From Eledone cirrhosa (Eukaryota): DNA of 64,000 nt. The number at the start of each line of letters is the position of its first letter. The stretch's first letter is position 1. Below are positions 14,819-30,219 of the stretch, piece by piece. The stretch spans positions 95,046,001 through 95,110,000 of the forward strand of contig OZ024745.1 in NCBI GenBank assembly GCA_964016885.1, read 5' to 3'. A program made the translations under genes and the position numbers. The notes beneath the pieces were generated by a model that was not told the DNA's origin, did no database searches, and was given only the letters and a program-made list of their open reading frames with translations.

Positions 14819-15569
14819 CACGTGTGTGTGTACGTGGGTGTCAGTGTGTTAGCGTACAATTTGAACACACAAAATAGTAACTCAATTATAAGTACCACAA
14901 TCTAATTAGATTTCAACATCGAAAAATCGAGCTTTCACGTGACAATCGTCGCAGATTTACTGTTCTCTCTCCTGAAATTTCTATAGGAATGTAACGAATA
15001 TTACATTAAGCAAACAATGTATTTGTCTGCAAAACAACGCCTAATACAGTAGACAATGTCCCTTCTAGCAACGTAAGGCTGTAATGAAAGAATTAAGTAC
15101 CAGTATTAATATTTACGTCGTAAGGTTCATAATATTTGGAGATGGCTAACATCTTTACGAGATATCATATAGGATTTATTATCTCTGATATAATAGACGA
15201 TCAACGATCAATGATATTCAAGCCGTGAGCGTCCCATCTGTTTCAGACATTGTTCATATTAATTTAAATTATCCTATATGGTTTTCCCTTCTTTTAAAGG
15301 TTATTTCTTTAATAGAGCGATAGAACACGCAGATGATTTTATTGTTTATTTCCACCAGTATTTCAACTTTTACCACTCAGAGCATATTCCAGTACTTTTC
15401 ACATTTGGTTTTGATGGAAAAATAAACGTTTTGAATATATAATGTGGTCTACGCAATTCATTTTGCTTAAAGCTTACTTGAATAGTTGGCTTAACTATGA
15501 CCGAATTAATAGATAATATATATTCAGTGTCACAAGCTTAACTTGGTATGAGGATATATAAATATTGAT
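13494..15569. repeat. Segmental duplication, copy 2
   Basis: Near-identical to 4537-6883. Bracketed by a ~63-bp direct repeat (13427-13489 and 15634-15696). Confidence 0.92.
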
Positions 15570-15633
15570 TTGACCAGAAACCGAGCATTATAATAAATGT
15601 TCGGTAAACCCATACGTGCACATATATAAATAT

Positions 15634-15739
15634 ATTGAACGAACATGTATTAAAGTTTCGCACCATTGAATTCCTTGTGGCTGCCTCAAACAATTCGATC
15701 GGTATCTGCTCTACTGCGGCTATAACCTCGATTTATGCC

Positions 15740-15777
<38 letters not shown>

Positions 15778-15873
15778 GTAGCAGATATATCTATAGACCA
15801 GATACCGATCGAATTGTTTACGGCAGCCACAAAGCATTCAATAGAGCGAAACTTTAATACATATTCGTTCAAT
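15634..15873. repeat. Imperfect inverted repeat around (TA)n
   Basis: attgaacgaacatgtattaaagtttcgc...gatcggtatctg pairs with cagataccgatc...gcgaaactttaatacatattcgttcaat. Confidence 0.75.
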
Positions 15874-16078
15874 ATATATATATGTATATATATACACACA
15901 CATATATCTATATATATATATAACGAAGGAAATATGGTACGGAACCAGGTGGACCATAACGCACCAAAGTACTCAATACTTAGGGTAGTAGAGTGGGTAA
16001 TAGGAACGAGTAGGACCCCGACGGCAGAATTAGCCGTCGAAACGGCTTGAGCTCAGCCGTTGGGGTCCTACTCGTTAC

Positions 16079-16122
<44 letters not shown>

Positions 16123-16266
16123 CGTGTGTGTGTGTGTAGAAGATCAGTAATATTGTAGAACAATAAAACTATGCATATATCAGATAATAACACTCAACAG
16201 TTGGTAGAACTGGAGTACATATTATAGAAAAATTAAAAGATGGTTAAAGAAGTTCCATATATTTTA

Positions 16267-16326
16267 TTATGAGCATTTCGAAAACAACATCATCCTGGGA
16301 CAAAAATTGTGTTCTCATCAGATAAA
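16267..16326 (-). ncRNA. Degenerate hammerhead-like motif in the PLE terminal repeat (mutated copy 20472-20531 +)
   Basis: Reverse complement ttat-CTGATGA-gaac...gttttc-GAAA-tgc-TC-ataa. Stem II is long and irregular; the right copy has CAGATGA. Confidence 0.5.
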
Positions 16327-17128
16327 ATAATGTAACATGATATGAGGCCTAAAAATACTTGTTAACAGGAAAGTGGAAAACCTACATATGACAGAAAATA
16401 TGATGGTAAGAAAAAGATAGGAAAATAGAATAAAAAGAAAATAAGGAGAAAAAGGAAAATGAAAGTGAGGAGAGGAAAAAAAGAAAAAAAAAGAAAAAAG
16501 AAAGAAGGAAGAGAGAGAAAGAGAGAGAAAGACTTTTGATCAGGAACGCTGTCAAAATGAAAACAGCTGTAGATAACGGTTAAAAAGTAAATTGATGAGG
16601 TGTAAGTGCGAATATTATAGGTGTTCAAATATTAGAGGTCTAAAATATAGAAACTGGGTATATTATTTTATATTGGGTTTAAATACTAAAACTTGGATAA
16701 AGAAGTGAAAAAGTGTATTAATAAAATAAAATAAAATTAAATTAAAATAAGTATTAAAAAAAGATTTTTATATAAAATAAATTAAAATAAAATAAAAAAA
16801 TAAAAATACTCTATCTATGTCAAAATTAGAAATTTCTATTAAAAATCCATATATGTGGGGTACACTATTTAATTATTATTTAATATCAACAAGTAAATAA
16901 AGGAAATTGCTAGAATGATTTATAAACGTAGAAAAACATATGACGTCATAGTTTGTTTACAAAATCTACGAAGGTTTGAGTGAAAATTTAAGGCTATCGA
17001 AAAAAGGTCAAAGGCTTAAAATATGCTGAGAAAACTAAATTAATACATTGTAGAATATAATGAAATATGTGAAAAAAAATATATATATATAAAATATATA
17101 TATGTAAAAAGAATATATATGTAAAAAC

Positions 17129-19503
17129 ATGGATTGCTACAGCATCACAACTTCATTTAAAGACATTCCTATACCGGGAAAAACTGAATACACAAAACTT
17201 TTGATAGAAAAAGCGGACTCTTTCGTGCGCAGGCTCAGATGGATCGCACATTTCCATGACCAGCGATTAAAAGGAAATTGTTATAGAAAGGAACATAATA
17301 ACCTCAATTCATTATTTAACTCCAGAAGAAATTCTCCCTTTAATAAAAACTTATCACATTTTGAAAATGAATTAACTAAAATTATACGAGAACTTAAGTT
17401 CAAAAGAAACCCTTATCGAGGCCAGGGACACCTTATCAACCTTAAGAATAAAATTAATTACCTTAATTCTTCTAAAAACGTTTTAGTTCATTCTGACAAA
17501 ACAAACAATTTATATGGCATAAGTAAGGATAAATATAATAACCTTATCCTTAAAGAACTAAAAAAAATTATCGTAAAAGTACGTAGGATAATCTGGATTC
17601 TATCAATAGAGAAGCATATGAGATAATAACCAAACTCGGTATTGAGAAAAAAACAGAACCCTTCTTCCCAAGAATCCCGAGGATTAATCTGAAGGATCAT
17701 AAAAGAAATGTTCGAACTGACTTGCCTGTAAGACTAATTGCCCCTTCTAAATCTGACCTAGGGGTTGTTAATAAATCCATCTTGAATAGAATTATCCCAC
17801 AGGTTAGGTTTAAATCTCAACTAAATTTATGGTTGGGTTCATCCGATGTAATAGACTGGTTCAATGACCTAATTAATAAAAACAGACTAAAATATATTCA
17901 ATTAGACATTGCTAGCTATTACTCTTCTATTTCTCCTTCACTACTAAACAAGGCTCTCATATGCGTTAAAATACACGGACATCAAGTGAAGAAATTAACC
18001 TCATTCTCACCGCAAGGAAAACCACCTTGGAATTTAACAATGAATATTGGACAAGAGCGGGTACTGCCAACAATTTCGACATCACCATGGGTTCGTCGGA
18101 TTCAGCTCAACTGACCGACATAGTTGGAATTTTCATCTTGAACTCTTTAAATCGGAAAATTCCGCAACTTCGCGGTGGAATTTATCGTGATGATGCTCTT
18201 TTTACTGTCTCTAATTGTAACAAAGTAAACTTTAATATTATTAAGAAAAATATACTCGATCTATTTAAGCATCTTAACTTAAAAATTGAATTCGAGAATA
18301 ATGATAAATTAGCAAATTTCCTGGATATATCCCTTAATCTAGATACCGGCCTATATTACCCATATCATAAGGATAATGAGAACTTAAATTACGTTAACTT
18401 TAAATATAACCACCCTAATAATGTTAAAACTGCTATAGTCAGAAGTATGGAAAAAAGAATTTCTAAATTATCCTATAACAAAGATATCTTGGAAGCTAAT
18501 GCCATCTATTATAATAATGCGCTATCTAGGGCTGGATATCTAGACAAAAATTAGGTATACTAAGGAAACTAATCTTGGCAGAGCCTATAGTAACTCTAGT
18601 AATGTAGCTAATAATAATCATACCACTATCAAAAGGAGGAGACCTAGATATAAAAATATCCTTTTATTAATAATATCCCTAAATTAATTTTTATGGCTCT
18701 CTATAACAACTTCCCTCCTTCACATATATATAGCAAGATATTCAATAAGCATACTATTAAATTCTCATACTCTACTACCTCGAACATTTCTAAAATTATC
18801 TCAAGACATAATTCTAAAATATTAAAGAATAACACATATGCATCCAACCATGAGAGTCATAATAATAACACTATAAGGCCTGATGTCATGTTAAACTCTA
18901 GGCAAAATAACACAAATATAAATACGACGTCAAACGTAACTTTGAGGAATACATCGAATAGTAATGCAAATCTAGAAACTTTAGCACCTCCTTTAGTTAA
19001 TTCCACCACTCCAGTTCCTAATATAATTAACCCTGGGCCACTTGCCAATAACATTGTAAATAATCTTAATCGTAAATGCAACTGCCCTATTAGAACTACT
19101 TGTCCTCTTAGTAATTTCTGTTTCGATAAAAACCTAGTATATGAATGTAAAGTGGTAACTAGTACTAATATCTATACCTACATTGGCTCTACTTCTACCT
19201 CTTTTAAAGCAAGATTCTATAATCATTCTTCTACATTTAAATATCCACTTTAAAGGACCAGCACCGCACTCTCAGAGCTTATTTGGTCCTTACAAGACAA
19301 AAACATTAATTACGAAATTTCTTGGCGTAAAATCTATAACCCATCTCCATACTCCAATGCTTCCATATCTTGTTTGTAATTTATGTCTAGTTGAAAAATT
19401 AACCATTATCTCGAATTTCAACTCTATAATAAATAGAAGAACAGATTTATTTGGACTTTGTAATCATAAATCCTTCAAGACCTTTCACAGAGTATATAGC
19501 TAA
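17129..19503 (+). pseudogene. Frameshifted PLE polyprotein: reverse transcriptase + C-terminal GIY-YIG endonuclease
   Basis: Five ORF pieces carrying SDKT, DIASYYSSI, MGSSDSAQLTDIVG, YRDD, NFLDISLNL, CNC..CPL..C, VYECKV..YIGST..FKARFYNH and CNLCLVEK. Confidence 0.9.
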
Positions 19504-20568
19504 TGTCCTATAACTTTTTTCCACGAATAACGGTTAATCTTTTTACACATATATTTTTACATATATATTCTTTTTACATATATATATATTTTTTATATAT
19601 ATTTTTTTACACATATTTCATTTTATTCTACAATGTATTAATTTAGTTTTCTCAGCATATTTTAAGCCTTTGACCTTTTTTCGATAGCCTTAAATTTTCG
19701 CTGAAACCTTCGTAGATTTTCTAAACAAACTATGACGTCATATGTTTTTCTACGTTTATAAATCATTCTAGCAATTTCCTTTATTTACTTGTTGATATTA
19801 AATAATAATTAAATAGTATACCCCACATATATGGATTTTAAATAGAAATTTTTAATTTTGACATAGATAGACTATTTTTATTTTTTTATTTTATTTTAAT
19901 TTATTTTATATAAAAATCTTTTTTTGTACTTATTTTAATTTAATTCAATTTTTACACTTCTTAATCCAAGTTTTAGGATTTAAACCCAATATAAAATAAT
20001 ATTTGGCGACCGGCTCTCGGACAGTTCACTCACGAGCGAGTTTGTTAACTTTATTAAATCTGTATCGAATTAAAATAGTGGTTGGCCTGCAGTGGCGTTT
20101 ACCAAAGTAAATAACCCTGTGACCTATTCACTAAAGTTTCTATATTTTAGACCTCTAATATTTTAACACCTATAATATTCGCACATACACCCCATCAATT
20201 TAATTTTTAACCGTTATCTACAGTTGTTTTCATTTTGACAGCGTTCCTGATCAAAAGTCTTTCTCTCTCTTTCTCTCTCTTCCTTCTTTCTTTTTTCTTT
20301 TTTTTCTTTTTTGCTTTTTTCCTCTCCTCACTTCCTTTTTCCTTTTTCTCCTTCTTCTTTTCTGTTTTTCTATTTTCCTATCTTTTTCTTACTATTATAT
20401 TTTGTGTCATATGTAGGTTTTTCACCTTCCTGTTGAAAAGTGTTTTTATGCTTCATATCATGTTACCTTATTTTATCAGATGAGAACACAATTTTTGTCC
20501 CAGGATGATGTTGTTTTCGAAATTCGCATAATAAAATATATGGAACTTCTTTAACCATCTTTTAATTT

Positions 20569-22013
<1,445 letters not shown>

Positions 22014-22047
22014 GGATTATGAGTTCATGCAATTGACTTATGTTTCG

Positions 22048-22087
<40 letters not shown>

Positions 22088-22128
22088 CGAAACATAAGTC
22101 AATTGCATGAACTCATAATCCTTTATTT

Positions 22129-22184
22129 ACTGCTATATATATTCCGATGATAGCCATTGAATGGCTATGACCTCATCAGGCAGT
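22129..22184 (-). ncRNA. Hammerhead motif in a ~165-bp (TA)n-flanked element (22084-22248; second copy 50329-50493 +, HHR 50393-50448)
   Basis: ACTGC-CTGATGA-ggtc ATAGCCAT tca ATGGCTAT catc-G(G/A)AA-TATATA-TA-GCAGT. The 22-kb copy has an intact stem I but GGAA; the 50-kb copy has GAAA but a damaged stem I. Confidence 0.7.
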
Positions 22185-22600
22185 TAGTCAGTTCTTAGAT
22201 ATGCCAGCTCTGTGTTTATGGTGTTGATGGTTTTAGAGCCTTGGGACATATATATATCTATATATATATCTGTGTGTGTGTTTGTGTGAGTATCAGTCAG
22301 TGTGTAGGAATACGTATACATTCATATATATATATATACATACATCTGGGTCTGCAGTCTGTTTGCCATATGAGCCTTTTGAATCGTCATAGTGTTATTC
22401 ATCAGACTCTATGTCAGTATTTATTATCAATGTCATCCAAATGGTTTTATTATCTCACTCTTACACGTAATAGTAGTCTCCGGTAGTTTAGAAGGCCTGT
22501 CCCTTCTCCCACATTCTTGTTCTCATTTCCCATAATCTTGTTCAACATGTACAGAACCAGTAATTTAAAATGTCTTCATATTATATGAATCTACCTTAGA

Positions 22601-22643
22601 TCTTCTTCTTCTTCTTCTTCTTCTTCTTCTTCTTCTTCTTCTT

Positions 22644-22674
<31 letters not shown>

Positions 22675-23075
22675 TTCTTCTTCTTCTTCACCCACTCATG
22701 AGAGAGTCATGGGCGCAGAGTCCTCAAACACTCCTTCCAGTGGGTCCTCTCAGAAGCAACCGTCTCCAACTAATCTGGCTGGATCCCCAAGTGATACAAG
22801 TCAAACCCATGGATGTTATCTAACCATCTTGCTTAGGGTCTATCCCATGGTCTCCTGCCGGCTGGTTTTGTCCGTAAACTCTGTCCAACGATTCTTTCCT
22901 GATATATTCTAACTATAAACACATAGTATCAGATATGTGATCTCTCAATTCGGAGAAGAAGCCGCTTTACCTGGAGTGATTCTCTGATATCCGAGCTGCG
23001 CACTCTATCGAGTAATGTTACTCTACAGACCCTTAGGAGGAACCCCATTACGGCCGCTTGTATTCGTGATCGTAA
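22601..23075 (-). mobile_element. RTE-clade LINE 3' fragment with (GAA)n tail
   Basis: The - frame reads GRRPWDRP*ARWLDNI...VASERTHWKE. (CTT)n at 22601-22689. Confidence 0.6.
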
Positions 23076-23094
23076 TCTTTCGGTCATTATCTAA

Positions 23095-23281
23095 GGTGGA
23101 TTGGCAGTATCGGTAGAGGGTCGGTCGCCATGCTTTGCAGCACAGTTACGTCCCTTTACGGACTGAGTTCAAATCCTGCCGAGGTTAACTTAGCCTTTCA
23201 TCCTTACGGGGTCGATAAAATAAAGTACCAGTAATACACTGGGATAATTGCTGGCCTTGTGCCAAAAGTAGAAACAATTAT
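23095..23281 (+). mobile_element. tRNA-derived SINE
   Basis: Family consensus match. Confidence 0.85.
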
Positions 23282-24049
23282 CTAAGCTTCATGAGCCTGA
23301 TGAAAATATTGGTACCCAGAAAGCAATGATGGACATAAAGTGGATTCAATCTTTAACAGTTTTTCTATGTATTCTTCCACAATTAAATTGTAATTCCTCT
23401 CTCATTTCTGTGAGAAGCGCTTCACTTTAACATGTGTGTGTAAGCTTTGACAATAGTAACATAATGTCATAACGTTATCGAAAGTCAGTTCAGATAATGA
23501 CGTTTGTGTTCAACAATAAATAATTCAATTTTATTCCATCAAGACTAAGATATTGGATTAACCTTTTCAGTTAATTGTGTTATATATTGGAATTTTGTGA
23601 AATAGAATCATAAAGAATATTCATCTATATAATCTCTTCATCTATATCTGATCTCTCTACATATTTCCTAAACTACTCTCATATCATCTTAATTGTTCAA
23701 ACAATCAATTCAATTTTCATTTTCATTTCTTCCTTTATATACGAAGACAATATTAACTTTTATTTTTTATTTTTTTATATTTTGTTGATTTGTCTTTGTA
23801 GAGCCATTTTTCCATTGACTGGAAAAAGCAAAAAAAAAATGAGCTCCTTGCATGGTGAATAGTTATAATCCATCAGCGTGTGTGTGTGGTGCGGTAAATA
23901 AATATACATATACACCAGGTCCGAATACAAGGAAACCATATGACAAAAGATATGCCTTATCAAGTGCGTGTGTGCGTTGATGTTCTCCCTCTTTCAATCA
24001 CTGCCTCCGTCTCACGGTGTTTTATACAAATGTCAGCCCACGCGCTGGC

Positions 24050-24780
24050 CGCCCTGCGGTCCCGGCGGACTGAGATGGGAGGGGATGCTTGCAGCATCCA
24101 AGCCATTCTTTCTGAGAGCAGCATGGCGTGGAAGGCGGCCAGAACTGTTTGCAACAGGACAGTATATGGAGGACAAAAGAGTCTAGAGTGGATCCGCAAC
24201 GATATTAGTGTATCTCGCAGATCCGGAGGCTGAGCCTCAGGGAAATTCCGATTCGCAGACTATTGTTATCCAGCTGCATGTCATTCGAAAAAGAGGGTAA
24301 GGCATTGAGCTAGATACTACTGTGGGGTTGTGAAGCCGAGCGAAAACAAACAAGGTGGTGCTGGTTGAACTGGCGCGCTAGCCTGTCTGAGGCCATGACG
24401 CACTGGATGGCATCCGATATGTTCTGTGGTTATTTGATGTCTACAGGGGGAAGAGGAGCAATGACGTCTACAGGGTAGATTCCAAGCTGGTTCTAAGTCA
24501 CGCAGGCGGCCACATGTTTGTCGATCACAGTGGGTTCCGATGTGTTGTGGAGAACCCTGTTGATGAGGACATGGCAAAAGGATACCGACAAACGAAACAC
24601 CGGCAAAGCCGTCAAGACCGGAGACTGGAGGCCAAGGTGACGTTTCTAACGGGTAAGTTGACCTGTTGCCATCCAAAGTCGTTAAACCTGACGTTACATA
24701 TCTCCTCAGCTGCCACTCGGATACAAGTGTCGAGATCAGTAAGGAGAGATGCGTGTCTGTAGCAAGAAGCATTACAATAC
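24050..24780 (-). mobile_element. Degenerate CRE-like non-LTR retrotransposon fragment
   Basis: GC-rich island. - frames read LLTDLDTCIRVAAEEICNVRFNDFGWQQVNLPVR and LDAASIPSHLSPPG, resembling post-RT and pre-endonuclease motifs of CRE-type elements; clade call from recall. Confidence 0.5.
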
Positions 24781-25106
24781 TTACAATTCATTGTATGACC
24801 ATTATAATTTCATTCACGTTTCTCATAATGCCTTCTTTTTTATAGTTATTAAAAAGAAATCATCATCCTTCTAATGTTCGAAAGTTTCATTTCTGTATCC
24901 ACTTTATATATATTTGTATATCTATTATATAAGTTACTTATAAAATAAATTTATTCCCTAACTTAGACATCCATCTAAATATTCACACATATACACACAT
25001 ATGCACGCACATAGCACATACACATATGGATATATATATATATACAGACACATATATGCTTACATACATACTTAAATACACACACACATACACACACACA
25101 CACACC

Positions 25107-25141
<35 letters not shown>

Positions 25142-27299
25142 GTATCAACTATGAGATTGACTTACTTCGCTTTTCAATTATTACACACTTGTCAAATGTT
25201 CCTGACACGTATGCTGTTTACTTGCTCCGTGAAATGATATAACTGATTAACAATTGTAAGAAATATTCTAGGAGTATTTCTATGCAAGGAATAACAATAA
25301 TCGTAAGGTTATCTATATTTACTGATCAGAATAAAATTAGTATTGGTGTGAAGTTTTTGCTGTACTTATTGTGGCAGCTGATATTTTTCTTGCCTCCAGC
25401 AATATAGAGTTTTCAAAATGCAGAACTTTTTCAAATCTATTCATTTGAATGCAATATATTATTTAATATTTCTTAACATTTCGGTTATGTGTGTGTGTTT
25501 TACTTTGAATTTGATAAATGGCATATTAATGGACTTCCGTCACGTTCATCAATGCCCTCTCTATAAATATAGTAAATGTAATTTATACACTCAATCCTAT
25601 TCTATATTTCATAGCCTTTTCTATGAAAAAGTGAATTGATTGACAAGCAACAAAAGTACACACGGTCGGCGTTTCTTTATGATTTATGTAGATTTAAGCT
25701 AGCAACCTTTTTTTAAAGAGGGCAGTATCGTTTAGGAGCCCCCGCACCACCACAACTTGTAGTTGTTTGAAATATTCGTTTCTGTAGACATGTCACACAA
25801 TCAATATTTGTAGATGAGTGTAAGTGGATTGAGTTGATTCTCATTGTATGGCTTGTATATAAAGTCTATATAATGGTTTAATCTAAACTCTTATTCTGCT
25901 GAATATTAAAAATTACTTTGGATAACCTTTCTGATTCTCGGATCACATAAATAACTCAATTATATATGAGCCTTCGAGACTATTTAATTTTCATTAATGA
26001 TAATTAATGCTTCAGTAATGTAACATGAATGCCTAAACGTGATATATTGATCGAGTTCATTTTATGTATTAATTAGAATAGATAACTTAAATTATATTAG
26101 TCTCTACAGTTGACAGTCATTAAAATGTAGCTATGTATTGAGACTGGTACCATTTTACTGATCCCTATGTATATAGAATTACCAGGTTATCAGTTATGAA
26201 CATTGTAAATATTAACACAATCACAGATACCTAAATACACATTCATACATCCTTAGCAATGTGGACTTGCACCCTCTGTAAACAGTCATTATTCAACCTT
26301 GCTGTTTGTTTTGTTCAAAATTAGAAATAGTGTGTTCATAATTATTATAAAATTCTGACTACACGATATTTATATTTTATGTAGTGAGAGTCACTGAATA
26401 GAGATAATTCCCCAGTAATTTGAAACTATCAGGATGTTTCATTTCCCAGTTACATATAATCACTCAGTCTTTCAAGAACAGAATGAATATTATACTTTGT
26501 CATGCCCTAACATGTATTGTAAGGCGGTGAATTGGCAGACTGTTTAGAACTTCAGATAGAATGCTTACGGTATTCATTTCCGCTCTTTGAGTTCAAAGCC
26601 CGCCGAGATCAACTTTGATTTTCATCTTTTCGACGTTGATAAAAATATAGCAGTTAAATAATGGTCGGTTCTTCTTTTATATATCCTTCTCACTTCCATT
26701 CTCTCTTTTCTTCTCTGGGAGAAATCTGCTGTGTTTAAACTTGAAGAGGGATGAGTTTCGCCAGGTTTTAAAAATGCCCTCGAAACGACGTATGTCAATA
26801 CGGCGCCCTTACTTGCTCGAGAGTTACGGGACCATGCATGCAACATATATTTTACCTCGAAAAAGGAACTAACATGTTGCCTTTTAATGGAGTGCTAGAA
26901 ACATATAAATTTTATGTTATGCTGGGAATAATTAGTTAACTCCATTTTTTATTTAGGCGTGTTCAACGAATTTTTGATTTCTTGTGCCAGACAAAGCGAA
27001 TATATTTAGTGGGAGGTATGCGTATAGACGATTAAACTGAACTTAGCAAATATCTAGTAATTAAACCTTGAAGCAAGATCTCTGCTAAAACGGATAAATG
27101 ATTATATTCGCTCTAATTCACAAATCAGTGGGAAAAATATGAGTTCGAAAGAATATTTGATTTAACTGGCTCAAAATTCCTATTTTATAAATTTTGAAAT
27201 GTGGAAAGTTTAACTCGACAGAACTTAAAGAAAGTAATGTAACTATTTCGAGGTCCTACAGCTTTCGGTATCTTTCTAGTCTTATTGATTCCTAATATA

Positions 27300-29750
27300 A
27301 ACGCATATATGTTTGAAGTGATTTCTGTTAGTAAAACTTTCATCCTTTGTCTGAATCAAGTCATTCGACCCCAGCTCTGTGTACTGCTCTTCATGACCGG
27401 TGCTGTGTTATGTTTTTTTGTCTATTTCCACAATGTTCAATTTTTTTATGTATTGATTCTATGTCAGATTTTATTTCATGTATTCTAATGTATAATAAAA
27501 TCATATTTCTTGTGGTTTATTGGTTTATTTAGTATCCATGTGAAAATATTACTCCTGTAATCTTTTACTAGGGAATCTAGTGTATTGGCGCGTATTACCG
27601 TATTTTGTTTTTCATTTATCTCTGCTTTGATAATAATTTAATATAATATTTCCTGAAAACCTTTCCTTTCATTTATGTGAGGTACTCTGGTTCATTAATT
27701 TCTAATATTTGTACATCTGTATTGAATTTAATACTTTTATCCATGTTTCTTTCTCTTGCATGATATTAGTCTTCTTGTCTGATGGTTGTATCTTCAAGGT
27801 TGCCTTGGGCATTTTTCTAATCCAAATAACATATCAATTCCCCTAGAAAATTCATGTACTGCCGGCAGCAGTTTTTCCAGTTGCATATTATCTGCATCGT
27901 ACAGTGTGGGGTTATCCATATATAAAAGACGTTTGATTATCCTCCCATATTATTTGTAACCAAATCCAGGTAGGTTTGACATGTTGGTTTACTGTGTTAA
28001 TTATGTAGATGAGTTTTCCTAAAATCTTCTAGTGAAGCTTTTTTAAAGTCTATGCTTTCACTATCTGTAGAATCATTTGCCATTTATTTATGTCGTGTTT
28101 AACACAACTGTATATTATTGGTGCTACTTTACTCATAGCTAATATTTTCAGAATTTATGTGCGAGGTACATTGTCGGATATGTCGTAGTCAATCCTTGCT
28201 GAACTGAATCCCTTCGTTCTTCACATTCTGAGACTTCTGCCATTATCTTTATAGTAATTGATATTTAAAGTTATATGATGTTGTACAACATTATTTCTAC
28301 TCTTCTGGGGATGTTTATTTATTCCTTGAGATATTTTTACAGAAAATTGTTGCAGGAAGATGGGTTTTAATAGTTTTCTCCTCCTTGCTCTAATCAGCAT
28401 TTGTCAATCGGTTCTTTAATATCCTATTAATCATCTAAACAAGTCTGTTACCCAGATATTTTGGAGGATATAATTTCCTGGTATCTTCACCTTGTTTTAT
28501 ATTGAGGCATGAAGGCTACTTGTGTTGTAAAGGTTTCCCATCATTACTCCTACAACGCTTTCATTATTTCGGAGAATCTCATCCGTGCCAATTACTTCGC
28601 TGTTTATACTCCTCTCCAGAATTCTTTTTCTCATGTTCTTGGTGGAGTATTATAATTTATGATTTTTTTGTGCTGTTTTTGATAAAATTGTTTTGGGTTA
28701 GAAACCAACGGTTTCTTTTATTCAAGGAACCACTGTTGCTTTTGTAACAACAGAATCAGGGAGATGTAGCGATGACCATTTGTTTCAAGCATTTTCTGAC
28801 TTCAGATAGATGAATTTCTTTCGTGTTATTTTTTCTGCAATATTTGTCTCTCTTTTCTCAGTCGAGTCATTTTCTTATTGATTTCATTGTAAATTCAGAA
28901 ATTATTTCTTTTACTGTGCATAATATGCTTTGTGTTTGTGTGTTGTGTTGTTTACGTTGGATATGGCACTCCTATATATGTTTATTTGAGAAAGAATCTA
29001 CATTCCATTGTTACTGCAGTGGTTAATATAATCGTATAGTATTGACGTGAGCAATAGTTATGTTTCTGTTTTTATTGTTACCTTTTTTATCGTATCCCTG
29101 TGAGGTACGTTCGTTGCTCCATAGGCAGATCTGTTCTTTTTAATTCTTTCATTATTTTTATTTTGACATTGTTAAGCCCTTGATTTTAATCGTTAGAATT
29201 TTCAATTCTTAAATCTTATTCATATTCTCTTGTATTTATATGTTTATATGTGTTTATATAATTCAGTTTTTGTTCATTAGCATTCTATTCACGTTGCAAA
29301 GTATGGTTTCCTTAGCTTCATTATCTACATTCCTTGTTAGTAATGTGCTAGTTCTAGCTTTGGGTTTTATGTTTACAATGTGTTTGCATTAGCTATTCTG
29401 ATATCTTGTATCGTTTTACGTTAACGATTCTCATTGGATTCGGAATATTTCCCCCCTCTATATATTGTACGAGTAATTGTCGTAGTTTCGTTTTCTTTGT
29501 ACAAAGTGGTTATACATTATTCACGTATATTCCTATTTGATCAATTCATCTCTTTACTGATTTATTCTCGAAATTTATAGAGCAATGTTCCGCATGTTAT
29601 ATAGATTATAATATTTTCTGACAGTATGGTATGAGATACTGAATCAGATTCAAAGTACTTAATCTCTTCATTAAACTTCAACTGAACAATGTGGTTTTCA
29701 TGTGTATTGTTTCTCGTTAGGGGCACGGAATCAGCCAGGTCTTGATATTT
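27300..29750 (-). mobile_element. Highly decayed LINE remnant
   Basis: Strong T skew on +. The - strand has the RT-like motif IDFKKA near 28040. Boundaries approximate. Confidence 0.35.
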
Positions 29751-30219
29751 ACCGTGTTCTGATCGTTTCTTTACAGGTAATGTCAGATCTCTGACTTAAA
29801 TTAACATCTGTAATACATATGATATACAACCTAAATGTTAATTAAACAATAAAAATGATTTCTAATTTCGACACAAGGCCAGCAATTTCATTATATCGAG
29901 CCAGTATATTATATTGGCACAGTAAATTACTAGTACTTTATGTTATAGATCCCTTGACTATAAAAGACAAAGTCGAGCTGGACACAATTCCGTTTCTAGT
30001 GCGTATGTTTTAATAACTAAACTGACTCTTTCACAATGTAATTGATTTAGAATAACATTTCTTTTATTTGCCATTTGCCTCAAACACCCAATATTTTTTG
30101 TGGAATCATTTGTATGACAATTGATTGTAGAGGGAATGCATTATGAAATTTTGCCTCAGGCGTCAGGTTGACACAGGCATGATTTGGAGTAGAAACAGAA
30201 TTCAAAGGAAGTTTCAAAT

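Noticed and set aside
19070-19503. Selenocysteine recoding as described for some Naiad PLEs
   Set aside because: The conserved Cys positions visible here and at 46.9-47.4 kb are TGC/TGT, not TGA; ORF breaks look like ordinary frameshifts.
23295-23325. Isolated CTGANGA heptamers here and near 8753, 43468, 52850 and 62105
   Set aside because: No stem II + GAAA + NUH + stem I arrangement; expected by chance.
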